This document shows positions 9,092 through 18,517 of a DNA stretch of 64,000 nt, one piece after another. Each line of letters starts with the position of its first letter. Within the stretch, counting starts at the first letter, position 1. The notes beneath the pieces were generated by a model. That model did not search any database and was not told the origin of the DNA. It saw nothing but the letters and a program-made list of their open reading frames with translations. This stretch comes from Gammaproteobacteria bacterium (GTDB lineage: Bacteria > Pseudomonadota > Gammaproteobacteria > JABABF01), in assembly GCA_965237805.1 (NCBI GenBank), contig OZ250153.1, forward strand, positions 864,001-928,000, given 5' to 3'. The position numbers and the translations under genes were made by a program.

Positions 9092-11026
9092 CTACTGCGT
9101 TGGCTGGTACCAGATGGCAGAACTGATCGCCCGCTCCTGTAGTCGCGACGGCTCGGGCGGCTCGATGCCCAGCCGCACCGCATCGTAGGCGGTCCAGCGC
9201 GGCGTCGGTATCTCCAACACCCGCGCATAGTAGAAGGCATCGCGGCCGGGCGCGAACTCGGCATCTTCCCACACCGCCGACAGCTCGGCGGCACCGATGC
9301 TGTTGTCGTAGCTGGGAACACTCAAATCCACCGTGTCGCCGACCGGGGGATAGGCCCCCGTCTGTGGATCCGGGTTGCGGTTGTCCGACACCGCCACATC
9401 GAAGATCTTCTCGCGACTCTCGCCTGCTGGCGTCACCCAAGCCTTGATGATCTGGATGCGATCCAAGTTGGCACCGTCCGGGTCTTTCATCGCCCATACG
9501 GCGAAACGCGGCCCGTGCTGGCTCGCGCGTGGGGATAACACACCACCCATCGGCACACCGCGGGCATAGGCCAAGATGAGCCGCTGGCGCAGTTTCGGCA
9601 GCTGCTGCGAATAGCGCCAGCCACCGAAGAAGCGCAGGCGGATGCGCGGTCCCGAGGTGGCATAGGTCTCGCGGTTGCGCATGGCATCGAACAGCGAAGC
9701 CCGCGTGTTTTCCTTAGCCCACACCGCTGCCAAGCCCATAGCGCTCCATTTTTTCACCACTTCGCTGGAGGCCGCTGACAGCAAAGAAGTGCCGAGCCGT
9801 AGCCCCGGGGTGCCGTCCATCGACGGCAGTTTGCCGTGGAACTTATCCTCCTCCACCGGTGCGCTGGCATTGTGCCCATCGCTACTGCCGATGAAGCCGA
9901 ATTGATAGGGGTTGAAGCCCGAGCTGTGACGCATCTCCAAGCCGGTGCGCAGCGCGTCCCGGGCATAGCTACCATTGGGCTTGCTGGGCAGCTGCTCAGC
10001 GCTCATGGTCTGATCCCAGATCTCAAAGTTGGCGAATTCGTCCTCGCTGGAGAGCACCGGATGGGTCTCCGACTGCCCCTTGACCTGCAAGATCTCGCTG
10101 ATGGGCTCGTTCTTCATGCGCACAGCGGCGTACTCCGCTGTCAAGGGCTCGCCGTTGAAATCGCGCTTGGCGTACATCCGGCCATTGCTGAGATTGGCGT
10201 TGTGGGGAATGGCAAGCATCTGCAGACCCGCCCGACGCTGCTCCTCCAGTGCCGCCCACAAATCCATCGGGTTGGGCGAATCCAAGGCGCTGAAGGGGTA
10301 GTCCGGTGCCCGCCCATCGCGGTAGATGACATTGCGGTGCAGGTTCTCGTCATTGGGCATCGAGGTCCACTCATAGCCGATGAAGGCGGTGAACACGCCT
10401 GGTTGGTTGTGGCGCTCGGCGGCATCAATAATCTGCTGCCAAGCGCGGGTGGACACACCCTCGGCCTGAAATTTGCTGAAGTGCTTGTCGCGCGCCGCAC
10501 GATTGGCGCGCATTTCCCGCTGCGTGACCCGAATCATATGCCAAGTGATTTTGAAGCGATTGCGGCTGTTCAGTGCCCGTCGCAGGCGGTCGTTGGAGCG
10601 CACATCATCGTCGCGCTCGGCGTGGCGGGGCAGGCCCAAAAATGCGGCATGGTCGGTGACGGCCGCAAAATCCAAAGGCCGGGAGAGTTGGATCGGATAG
10701 CCCACCGAGTGCTCGATCGCACCGCCCTTGGCGTAGATATAGGCCTCGTCCGGCGTCGCCTTGACGCCGAAGGTGTAGGCATCGAAAGACAGGCCGCTGT
10801 GGATGTGCAGATCGCCCCAGAACAGCTGGCGCTGGGCCTTGCGTGACACGGCGGCTTTGGGCGGCGGCGGGGCGGCCTCAGCCGGATCAAAGACCGGCGG
10901 CGGCGGTGTCTCCAGATGCCGCTCGCCACAGGCTGAGGCCAGCAGGGCCAGCAGGCAGAGAGCGGCCCAAGGTGCCAGCGCACATAAGCGTGGCGGCAGC
11001 CTGCGATGTGAGGATTGGCGTGACAT
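9092..11026 (-). CDS. DUF3604 family lipoprotein (PHP-like metallohydrolase)
   Basis: Lipobox LASAC; WGDLHIHS..SFDA, LDFAAVTDHA, NLHRNVI, IPHNANLSNG, ETYATSGPR, QERAISSAIW. Confidence 0.88.
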   Translation of the reverse strand: MSRQSSHRRLPPRLCALAPWAALCLLALLASACGERHLETPPPPVFDPAEAAPPPPKAAVSRKAQRQLFWGDLHIHSGLSFDAYTFGVKATPDEAYIYAKGGAIEHSVGYPIQLSRPLDFAAVTDHAAFLGLPRHAERDDDVRSNDRLRRALNSRNRFKITWHMIRVTQREMRANRAARDKHFSKFQAEGVSTRAWQQIIDAAERHNQPGVFTAFIGYEWTSMPNDENLHRNVIYRDGRAPDYPFSALDSPNPMDLWAALEEQRRAGLQMLAIPHNANLSNGRMYAKRDFNGEPLTAEYAAVRMKNEPISEILQVKGQSETHPVLSSEDEFANFEIWDQTMSAEQLPSKPNGSYARDALRTGLEMRHSSGFNPYQFGFIGSSDGHNASAPVEEDKFHGKLPSMDGTPGLRLGTSLLSAASSEVVKKWSAMGLAAVWAKENTRASLFDAMRNRETYATSGPRIRLRFFGGWRYSQQLPKLRQRLILAYARGVPMGGVLSPRASQHGPRFAVWAMKDPDGANLDRIQIIKAWVTPAGESREKIFDVAVSDNRNPDPQTGAYPPVGDTVDLSVPSYDNSIGAAELSAVWEDAEFAPGRDAFYYARVLEIPTPRWTAYDAVRLGIEPPEPSRLQERAISSAIWYQPTQ

Positions 11027-11034
11027 AACAGCGA

Positions 11035-11424
11035 TTACCCCTCTTCTTGCTCGGTCTGCTCCTTGGCCATCTCAGTGGTAACTTCCATCAGCGCCATGCG
11101 CAGCTTGGACATCTTCGGATAGCCGACATATTGGGTCAAGAACAGCACCAGCTTCTCCAACTGCTCGGCACTCAGCTCCCCGTTCATCATCGAGGCGCGC
11201 GCTTGAATCTTAAAAGTCATCTCCTCGCCCTGCGCGGCGATCGCCCCGAGCAAGGCCAAGCGGCGGTCGCGGATGCTGAGTGCCTCATCCAGCCACAGCC
11301 GCCCGAACAGCGTCTCCAGCATATAGTCGTAGAACTCGTCTTGACCCTCCGGCGGCGGTGTCGGCAACTGGCCGCCATAGACCTCTTGGAGTTTTGCCAG
11401 ACCTTTGTCGCGCACACTAGCCAT
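11035..11424 (-). CDS. Carboxymuconolactone decarboxylase (CMD/AhpD-like) family protein
   Basis: LFGRLW...LSIRDRRL, FLTQYVGYP. Confidence 0.85.
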   Translation of the reverse strand: MASVRDKGLAKLQEVYGGQLPTPPPEGQDEFYDYMLETLFGRLWLDEALSIRDRRLALLGAIAAQGEEMTFKIQARASMMNGELSAEQLEKLVLFLTQYVGYPKMSKLRMALMEVTTEMAKEQTEQEEG

Positions 11425-11436
11425 TGCTCTGCACTC

Positions 11437-12186
11437 CTATGGACGCATCAGCTGGCCGCCGTCGACATTGAGCACGTGGCCAGTGATCCACGAGGCTTCA
11501 TCCGACAGCAGGAAACGCACCGCGCGAGCTAAATCCAGCGGCGTGCCGATGCGGCCGATCGGCATACTCTTGAGCATCTCGCGCACATAGTCGCCAGCGT
11601 TCTGCTCTAGAGCCGGGGTGTCGGTGGGGCCAGGGGCGATGGCGTTGACCCGGATATTACAGTGCCCCAGCTCGCGCGCCAGCGAACCGGTGATGCCGTT
11701 CAGTGCCAGCTTGGCGACACCGTAGAAGCCCATATTCATCCACGCGGCGGTGGAGGATTGGTTGACGATGGCACCGCCGCCACGCTCTTTCATCAGCGGC
11801 ACGGCAGCGCGGCTCATGATCACCGCACCGTGCACATTAATGTGCATGAAGCGCGTCAAGTAGTCCAAGTCTACATTCATATAACCATCCAGCCGCATGC
11901 CGCCAAAGATGGCCGCATTGTTGACCAGATAGTCCACACCGCCAAAGCGCTCGGCGGCTGCCGCCGCACAGGCATTAGCCGAAGCCTCGTCGCCAACATC
12001 GGTGTGCGCAAACAGCGCCTCACCGCCACTGGCCTCGATTTCAGCAGCCACACGCTGACCGCCCTCCTCGTCCAGCTCGGCGACGACCACCTTCATGCCG
12101 TGCTCGGCGAAATGCTTGGCGTAGCCCTCGCCGATGCCCCGGCCAGCACCAGTGACGATGACAACTTTGTCTGTTTGATCGGTCAT
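11437..12186 (-). CDS. Short-chain dehydrogenase/reductase
   Basis: TGAGRGIG, LVNNAAIFG, YGVAK, NVDGG. Confidence 0.95.
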   Translation of the reverse strand: MTDQTDKVVIVTGAGRGIGEGYAKHFAEHGMKVVVAELDEEGGQRVAAEIEASGGEALFAHTDVGDEASANACAAAAAERFGGVDYLVNNAAIFGGMRLDGYMNVDLDYLTRFMHINVHGAVIMSRAAVPLMKERGGGAIVNQSSTAAWMNMGFYGVAKLALNGITGSLARELGHCNIRVNAIAPGPTDTPALEQNAGDYVREMLKSMPIGRIGTPLDLARAVRFLLSDEASWITGHVLNVDGGQLMRP

Positions 12187-12336
12187 GGGGGAATCCTTAG
12201 TAGGCGGATGAGATGATTTTAGCGTAAATGGGGGGTAAACAGTCCAGCAGATAGCATGCGTGATCCCCGACCCAATCAGCCATGCCGTGAGATCCGGCAT
12301 AGAACGGCACAATAGTCTGTAGTCACGTCAAATGAC

Positions 12337-13218
12337 TTACAAGAATTTCATCCAATCCTCCTCAGACAGAATTAATATCTGATGGCCTGCCTGATTGAAT
12401 TTCAGCGCCTTCTCTATCTTTTTTCCGTGTCGCTGAAATCGCCAATCCCTGCTAGCGATTGTCCCGATGATCAAAGCATCCAGCTTGGAAGAGATTGACT
12501 TGGATATTATGGCTCCCTTGGCTTTGGCTTTCGCTTCACAGTCCGTGCGGGTTCCCAGCAGAAATTTTCCAGTAAAGCATGTCCGTGTCCCTTGATGGGA
12601 AAATTCGGAACAATCAGTGGAAAACACCTCTGCCACTGAGCCTTCTGCATCTCCAGTCTCATCAAATCGGCTACCCGTGATTTGCTTCAGGGACTCCAAT
12701 AGATTTTGTTTGGATTTTTTTATTCCATTTACTCTACCTATTAAGACCCACAATGGCCACTTTTGTTTGGCTTCTTTGATTTCATTTACTCTATCTATTA
12801 AGACACACGCTGGCCACTCATGCGCTAAATATTCATTACGACCAAGCCATGTATCTAGGCTCGAAAGCTCTTCATCAGTTATTTCCCCGTCCGAGATAAT
12901 TCCCAATAATGGTCCGTGTAATGAATGAATACTATCCTCGGTTGATTGGCTTCCTTTCTGAAAACGAGGAACAGCTTGCATGATCCGTTCTTTTACTGCA
13001 TATAAATCTGATGAAGATATAGTGCCATCTTGTAGAACGCCCGCTATAACCGCGAGTAAATCTTGTGCATCTTGATTCTTATTCAAGTGATCTTGTGAGC
13101 GAATCCAAGAGTCTAAAAATAATATCTCCATGTCGCCTAGATTGCTATCAGCCATCACACCATTCAAAATTCCAAGAAGAGCATATGCTGATTTATCGGG
13201 ATTGCGCTTATTATTAAA
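12337..13218 (-). pseudogene. TerB-like/BRCT-domain protein, interrupted near its N-terminus by the IS; first 12 codons lie at 15430-15465
   Basis: C-terminal BRCT (CFTGKF..GTR..CE; LIIGTIASRDW..HGKKIEKA; ILSEEDW); reading frame continues through the TSD into ATG 15465. Confidence 0.8.
12704..12817. repeat. 57-bp in-frame tandem duplication (2 copies) inside the BRCT gene
   Basis: 12704-12760 and 12761-12817 both begin TTTTGTTTGG and end TGGCCAC; encode WPACVLIDRVNEIKEAKQK / WPLWVLIGRVNGIKKSKQN. Confidence 0.9.
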
Positions 13219-13256
13219 CGCAATAAGTGGTTGCGGGATTGGGCTGAAACGCCATT

Positions 13257-14732
13257 TTATCTCATGTCCTCTAATGCCAGTGCTTCATTCACGCCCACTT
13301 TTCCTATTGGATGTGGTGTTGAAAATCGCTTGCCATTCAATACTTCAACCAGCGTTAATATTTGCATTCTTGGGTACTCAGCGCTTATCGTTTCCAGCAT
13401 TCCAGCGGCAGACATTTCTTGCAGAAAATTACGGCGCTTTGTGCTAGATAGTTCACGAACAATCAAGCCAGCCATCTTTGCCTCATCGCGTTCTAAAACT
13501 CCGCGCAAGTCCCTTACTGTATTTATCCCAACATTCTTGCCACCCTTGACCTCTATTGCCATGGAGTCAAGAGATTGATGCTTTGGAGATATTTGGAAAT
13601 AAATGCGCCCATCAATGCCGCCATCTGCCGTTCTCTTTGTCGTAACAAAGCCATTTATCGTTTCAACAATCCAGCGTTGGAATTGATACTTATCTTTATT
13701 CCATAGATCAAGAGCGCCTTCCACGTTGCTTGGCACACCATCCACTGTAAAATCCTCTCCATCTTTAAGACGATAATTTGTTTCTAGACGCTGTGTCACC
13801 ACTCTTCTTATAGCGTGATAGGCAATGTCTATACCTATCCATTTTCTTTCCAGTTCATGAGCTGCCGCAATAGTAGTAGCACAACCGCAGAATGGGTCAA
13901 ATACTACATCTCCTTTTTTAGAGCTGGCTAAGATAATGCGCCGCATTAGTTCAATGGGCTTTTGCGTAGGATAACCCAAGCGTTCTTTTGCTTGGCTATT
14001 TATATAGGGTATTTCCCATACATCCCGCATATTTGACCACCTATAAACTCCTTTTTCATCCTCAAAAAATGTTGTGTTTCCTGCCCCGTAATTTATTGTT
14101 CCTGCTTTACGGCCTGATGCTTTGGTATATGCTTTTTCTTTTTGCAATAAAAAATAAGATTTATTGCTAGCCTTGTAGAATAATATGGCATCGTGTTTTT
14201 TGGCGAAGTGTTTTTTACTGGCGCCGCCTGTTCTGTAAGCCCATATTATCTCATTCGTGAAGTTTCGGTGGCCAAAAATCGCATCCATAAGAGACTTTAT
14301 ATAATGAGATGCTGTTTGGTCGCAGTGCAAATAAATTGAACCCGTAGGGCGCAGAATCCTTTTCATTGCAACCAGCCTTTCCGTCATGTATAACAGGTAA
14401 GCAAGTAATCTGGGCTGTGTGTGGCGTAACGCTTGCATCCAAAGTTTCCATAGTTGTTGCGCTGCGTCCTCTATGCCGGCATTAGCAAGCAACACGGGCA
14501 TGTTCCTAATCACACTCATTCGCTCTGGTGTAAGAGTCCATATATCGCAAAATGCTTCCACTTGGTCTGGCAATTCGCGTCCAGTAGCATCTTTGTAAAT
14601 CAAGTTATATGCCTTATTAGAGTTAAAAGGCGGGTCTAGATAAATCAAATCCACGCTTTGCGATCGCATATCTTGCATGATAGACAGGCAATCACCATAG
14701 AACAATTTGTTTTTATGGCTTTTATTTTTCAT
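13257..14732 (-). CDS. Beta-class N6A/N4C DNA methyltransferase fused to a C-terminal Mrr-like PD-(D/E)XK endonuclease
   Basis: IYLDPPFNS precedes YPTQKP and VFDPFCGCATT; C-terminal DGGIDGR...IEVKGG. Confidence 0.88.
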   Translation of the reverse strand: MKNKSHKNKLFYGDCLSIMQDMRSQSVDLIYLDPPFNSNKAYNLIYKDATGRELPDQVEAFCDIWTLTPERMSVIRNMPVLLANAGIEDAAQQLWKLWMQALRHTQPRLLAYLLYMTERLVAMKRILRPTGSIYLHCDQTASHYIKSLMDAIFGHRNFTNEIIWAYRTGGASKKHFAKKHDAILFYKASNKSYFLLQKEKAYTKASGRKAGTINYGAGNTTFFEDEKGVYRWSNMRDVWEIPYINSQAKERLGYPTQKPIELMRRIILASSKKGDVVFDPFCGCATTIAAAHELERKWIGIDIAYHAIRRVVTQRLETNYRLKDGEDFTVDGVPSNVEGALDLWNKDKYQFQRWIVETINGFVTTKRTADGGIDGRIYFQISPKHQSLDSMAIEVKGGKNVGINTVRDLRGVLERDEAKMAGLIVRELSSTKRRNFLQEMSAAGMLETISAEYPRMQILTLVEVLNGKRFSTPHPIGKVGVNEALALEDMR

Positions 14733-15335
14733 CACGCCGCCACCAAAGATTGAATGAACTCATCAAATAGATTTCCATGTTTTCTGTTGTTGTATTTGTA
14801 GCAGGATTCGGCAATATATAGATTTGAAAAAGTCTTGCTATAGTGGTGGTGAGCGCCATACCAAGCCCGTCTTATAAGGGACCCAAAACCCTCAATGGTG
14901 TTGGGATGAACTATGCCATCAACATACGCCATGGCATGCCTAATCGTTGCATGCCGCAGGCTCTTGTGCATTGAGCGATAGCCTTTATACTCGTCGATTA
15001 CTAGTAATGATGCGTCTTTATCCACATGCTTTGATACAAAGGCAGTCAGGATGTTGGCATTCACTTTTTTAGATGGCCTAGCAATGACTTTCCCTCCACG
15101 CTGAACAACGCCAATAACTGGCAACTTGCTAGTGCCTCTGCCGTGAGGGGAAGGCTTGTCAGAATCGCGTTTGCCGCTCTTCCGAGGTCTGCCGCCTACA
15201 TAGGTTTCATCCATCTCAACTACACCTTGCAGCAGTTCGCATGATGGTGCTTCTATCATCGCGGCGCGCAGATTCAAGGTGTTCCAAGCAAGCATCATGG
15301 TCAGGAAACTTTTGAAAGATACTAAAGAGATTCAT
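14732..15335 (-). pseudogene. IS1595-family DDE transposase with an internal frameshifting deletion
   Basis: True N-terminus MNLFSIFQKFPDHDACLEHLESAR (ATG 15335) is out of frame with the core VEMDETYVGG..DEYKGY..HPNTIEGF; zinc ribbon/HTH region absent. Confidence 0.88.
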
Positions 15336-15538
15336 AGCGTTATGCCTCTACAAGACGAATTCACTAGGCATTAGAATACCCAATTTTAGCCCATTTGCCA
15401 AGCCCGTAACTACTTATTGCGTAATTAAATCCCCGGATCACAGCTTGGCCATCCGGATCTAGCATGGGGGAATTTTGCATCATAGTTCGACAAGTGCAGT
15501 GATATAGCCAGCATCAGAACAAGCTGTTGCCCTACCCC

Positions 15539-17005
15539 TCAGACCCCAATCGCCACCGTCTTGGTCTCGAGGTGTTCCTCGAAGCCCTCCAGCCCCATCT
15601 CGCGGCCGATGCCGCTCTGCTTGTAGCCGCCGAAGGGGGCGTCGCCGGAATAGAAATTGCCGCCGTTGATATTGATGGTGCCAGTGCGGATGCGCTTGGC
15701 CACCGATAGCGCGCGCTCTTCGCTGGCCGAGCTGACACCGCCGGAGAGACCGTAGATGGAGTCGTTGGCGATGCGTACCGCGTCGTCGTCGTCCTCGAAG
15801 GTGATCACCGACAGCACCGGCCCGAAGATCTCCTCTCTGGCGATGGTCATGTCGTTGGTGACATCGGTGAAGATGGTCGGCTCGATGTAATAGCCCTTGG
15901 GCAGTCGCTCGGGCCGCTTGCCACCCATCAGCAAGGTGGCACCCTCTTGCTTGCCCTTCTCAATGTAGCCCAGCACCCGGTCGCGCTGGCGCTCGCTGAC
16001 CACCGGCCCCATGATCTGGTTCGCCGCCTCGGGATCGCCGTATTCAATGCCGCCGTAGTACTGCTTGAGCAGCTCCTCGGCCTCCTCGCGGCGGGAGGCG
16101 GGGATGAGTAGCCGCGTCGGTAATGCGCAGCCCTGGCCAGCGTGGAAGCAAACCGACAGCGTCGGCAGCAGCGCCGTACCCATGTCGGCATCGTCCAGCA
16201 CGATGTGCGCAGACTTGCCGCCCAGCTCCAAGAAGACCTTCTTCACCATCTCGGCCGCCTGCCCCATGACGCGACGCCCGGTGGCCGTGGAGCCAGTGAA
16301 GGAGACCATGTCGACGCGATCATCGCCGACCAGCTGCTCGCCCAGCGTCACCGGGTGGCTGGAAGTGACCACATTGAAGATGCCGGCCGGAATGTCGGTC
16401 TGCTCTTTGACGATGCGCCCCAGATGGGTCGCTGCCCACGGGGTCTCCACCGCTGGCTTGAGCACCACCGAGCAACCGGCCGCCAGCGCCGGAATGCTCT
16501 TGGCCAGATTGATTTGCATCGGCACATTCCACGGCGTGATGCAGGCGACGACACCGACGGGCTCCTTGTACACCGCGAGGCGACTGCGCCAGCCGAAGAC
16601 CTCGGACTCGCCCAAATCGCGGCTCCACTGAAAGTTCCCCAGCACCTGGATGGCAGCGGGGATGAAGCTGATCGCCGAATCGCAGATCGGGCCGCGGGCG
16701 ATGCCCATCGGCGCGCCGGCCTCAGCGGCTAGTGTCGGGCGAATCTCGTCCTGTGCGGCGACGAGGGCCTCGTGCAGCTGGCACAGGCAACGCTTGCGCA
16801 GCTCGTGGTCAGTGGCCCAGCCGCTCTCGTCGAAGGCGGCGCGGGCGGCGGCGATGGCGCGGTCCATGTCCTCGGCGGAGGCATCGGCCGTCTCGCCGAG
16901 GCACTCTTCGGTGGCCGGGCTGATGTTCGGGTAGCGCTTGCCACCGGCGGCCTCGACCAACTCGCCATCGATCAGCATCCGGGGCTCGGGGTTCAATGGG
17001 GACAT
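15539..17005 (-). CDS. Aldehyde dehydrogenase
   Basis: ITPWN, FTGST, LELGGKSA, GQGCA, EEIFGPV. Confidence 0.96.
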   Translation of the reverse strand: MSPLNPEPRMLIDGELVEAAGGKRYPNISPATEECLGETADASAEDMDRAIAAARAAFDESGWATDHELRKRCLCQLHEALVAAQDEIRPTLAAEAGAPMGIARGPICDSAISFIPAAIQVLGNFQWSRDLGESEVFGWRSRLAVYKEPVGVVACITPWNVPMQINLAKSIPALAAGCSVVLKPAVETPWAATHLGRIVKEQTDIPAGIFNVVTSSHPVTLGEQLVGDDRVDMVSFTGSTATGRRVMGQAAEMVKKVFLELGGKSAHIVLDDADMGTALLPTLSVCFHAGQGCALPTRLLIPASRREEAEELLKQYYGGIEYGDPEAANQIMGPVVSERQRDRVLGYIEKGKQEGATLLMGGKRPERLPKGYYIEPTIFTDVTNDMTIAREEIFGPVLSVITFEDDDDAVRIANDSIYGLSGGVSSASEERALSVAKRIRTGTININGGNFYSGDAPFGGYKQSGIGREMGLEGFEEHLETKTVAIGV

Positions 17006-17073
17006 GGCGGTTGCTCCTGTAGCAATGCGTGGGGGAGATGTTCTGTGGGGGGGTTCAGGGCGATGACATCGGG

Positions 17074-17943
17074 CTAATAGGCCTTCAGAAAAGCATTCAT
17101 GATTAGCTCACGACTGCGCTCGGCACCGGGCAACTGCAGCTCCAATGCGGTGGCGGAAGCCAGCGCGGCATCCAAATCCTTTTCCGCCAAGTGGCCGAAG
17201 GGGCCTAAGACCTGCTCCGCCAGCTCGGCACCGCCGCCGTCGATGACCGCATCGCGGCCCTCGATGAAGCTGCGCATCTGCGCGGTGACGACACCGTTGG
17301 ACGCCCCCACATCGTAGAGCAGGCTGGCATCCAGCCCACAGGCCGCCGCCAGCTTGGCCGCCTCGTGGATGGCGATGAAGGCAGCGTAAGTCATGGCGTT
17401 GTTGCACAGCTTCAGCGCGAGGCCAGCGCCCAGCGCCCCGGCGTGGATGATCTTGTCGGCACTGGGTTCAAAGAACGGGCGGCAGCGCTGCAGCGCTGCC
17501 TTGGAGCCGCCGACCATGTAGCACAGCTTGCGGTTCTTGGCACCATCGGCACCGCCGGTGACCGGCGCATCGATCAACGCCAAGCCGCGCTCGGCGGCAT
17601 CGGCAGCCCATTTGCGCAGCCCCGACTGGCTGACGGTGGAGTGGATGGCAAACAAAGTTCCCGGCTCGGCGTGCTCCAGCAGGCCAGCGGAGCCGTAGAG
17701 CACGGCCTCCACATCAGCATCATCGCGCACACACAGGAAGATGGTGCGACAACGCCCGGCCAGCTGCGCCAAGTCGTCGGCACCCTCGGCACCTTGGGCG
17801 ACCAGCTCGGCCACCGCCTCCGGGCGCACATCGAAGGCCGTCAGCTGCCAGTCGTAGCGCCGTCCATCGGGATCGCCGATGAGATTGGCGCACATCGGGG
17901 CACCGATGTTCCCCAGACCGATAAAAGCGATGGGCTCTGTCAT
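17074..17943 (-). CDS. NAD(P)-dependent oxidoreductase, 3-hydroxyisobutyrate dehydrogenase family
   Basis: FIGLGNIG, DAPVTGG, KLCNN, KDL. Confidence 0.92.
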   Translation of the reverse strand: MTEPIAFIGLGNIGAPMCANLIGDPDGRRYDWQLTAFDVRPEAVAELVAQGAEGADDLAQLAGRCRTIFLCVRDDADVEAVLYGSAGLLEHAEPGTLFAIHSTVSQSGLRKWAADAAERGLALIDAPVTGGADGAKNRKLCYMVGGSKAALQRCRPFFEPSADKIIHAGALGAGLALKLCNNAMTYAAFIAIHEAAKLAAACGLDASLLYDVGASNGVVTAQMRSFIEGRDAVIDGGGAELAEQVLGPFGHLAEKDLDAALASATALELQLPGAERSRELIMNAFLKAY

Positions 17944-18111
17944 GGCTGCGACCTGTGCGGTGGACGGGATGGCTGCGGGCATTTGGCGCAGGGAGGTTAA
18001 TACTAGCAAGGATGCGGCGGGCGCAGATGGTGCTGGCATAGCGGCTCACCACGCCCCAGCACGGCAGCGGTCGACCGAGCTTACACTATAATTTCGGCGT
18101 ATTGCGGCCAT

Positions 18112-18188
18112 CGGAGTGTAGCTCAGCTTGGCAGAGCACTGCCTTCGGGAGGCAGGGGTCGTGAGTTCGAATCTCGCCACTCCGACCA
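18112..18188 (+). tRNA. tRNA-Pro(CGG)
   Basis: CGGAGTG..CACTCCG acceptor stem, CTGCC-TTCGGGA-GGCAG anticodon arm, GTTCGAATC T-loop, 3' CCA. Confidence 0.97.
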
Positions 18189-18367
18189 TTGGAAAATAAC
18201 AGCTCGGCGCGTGTGGCGCGACAGCTGATGTAATCACAAGACGCCCGCTTGCGGCGGCAGATGGGCTTGTGCCATCTCAAAGCGTCGTGAGCCAGCCCCT
18301 GGTTGATGCTTGCATGCCGCACGGGAGTTTGCTATATTCGCTACACATTGCATGAATAGATTAGCTC

Positions 18368-18517
18368 ATGAGCAAGAAGCCTAGCAAAACGCCTGCTCCG
18401 CCTGCTACTCCACCCACACGCACCCCACGATCAACACCGAGCGGGAGACCTCTGACCAAAGAAGTAGTATTCTCCGTGCCGCCCCGAGAGCGCCCGCCAC
18501 CTCCAAGAAAGAAATGA
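18368..18517 (+). CDS. Small Pro/Lys-rich peptide (49 aa)
   Basis: MSKKPSKTPAPPATPPTRTPRSTPSGRPLTKEVVFSVPPRERPPPPRKK; stop overlaps the next ATG (ATGA); below the ORF-track cutoff. Confidence 0.55.
   Translation: MSKKPSKTPAPPATPPTRTPRSTPSGRPLTKEVVFSVPPRERPPPPRKK

Larger units (their letters stand above)
13219..15421 (-). mobile_element. IS1595-family transporter element (non-autonomous) with a methylase-endonuclease passenger
   Basis: 24-bp TIRs CGCAATAAGT(G/A)GTT(G/A)CGGG(A/C)TTGG at 13219-13242 and 15398-15421; 8-bp TSD TTATTAAA (13211-13218) / TAATTAAA (15422-15429). Confidence 0.9.
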
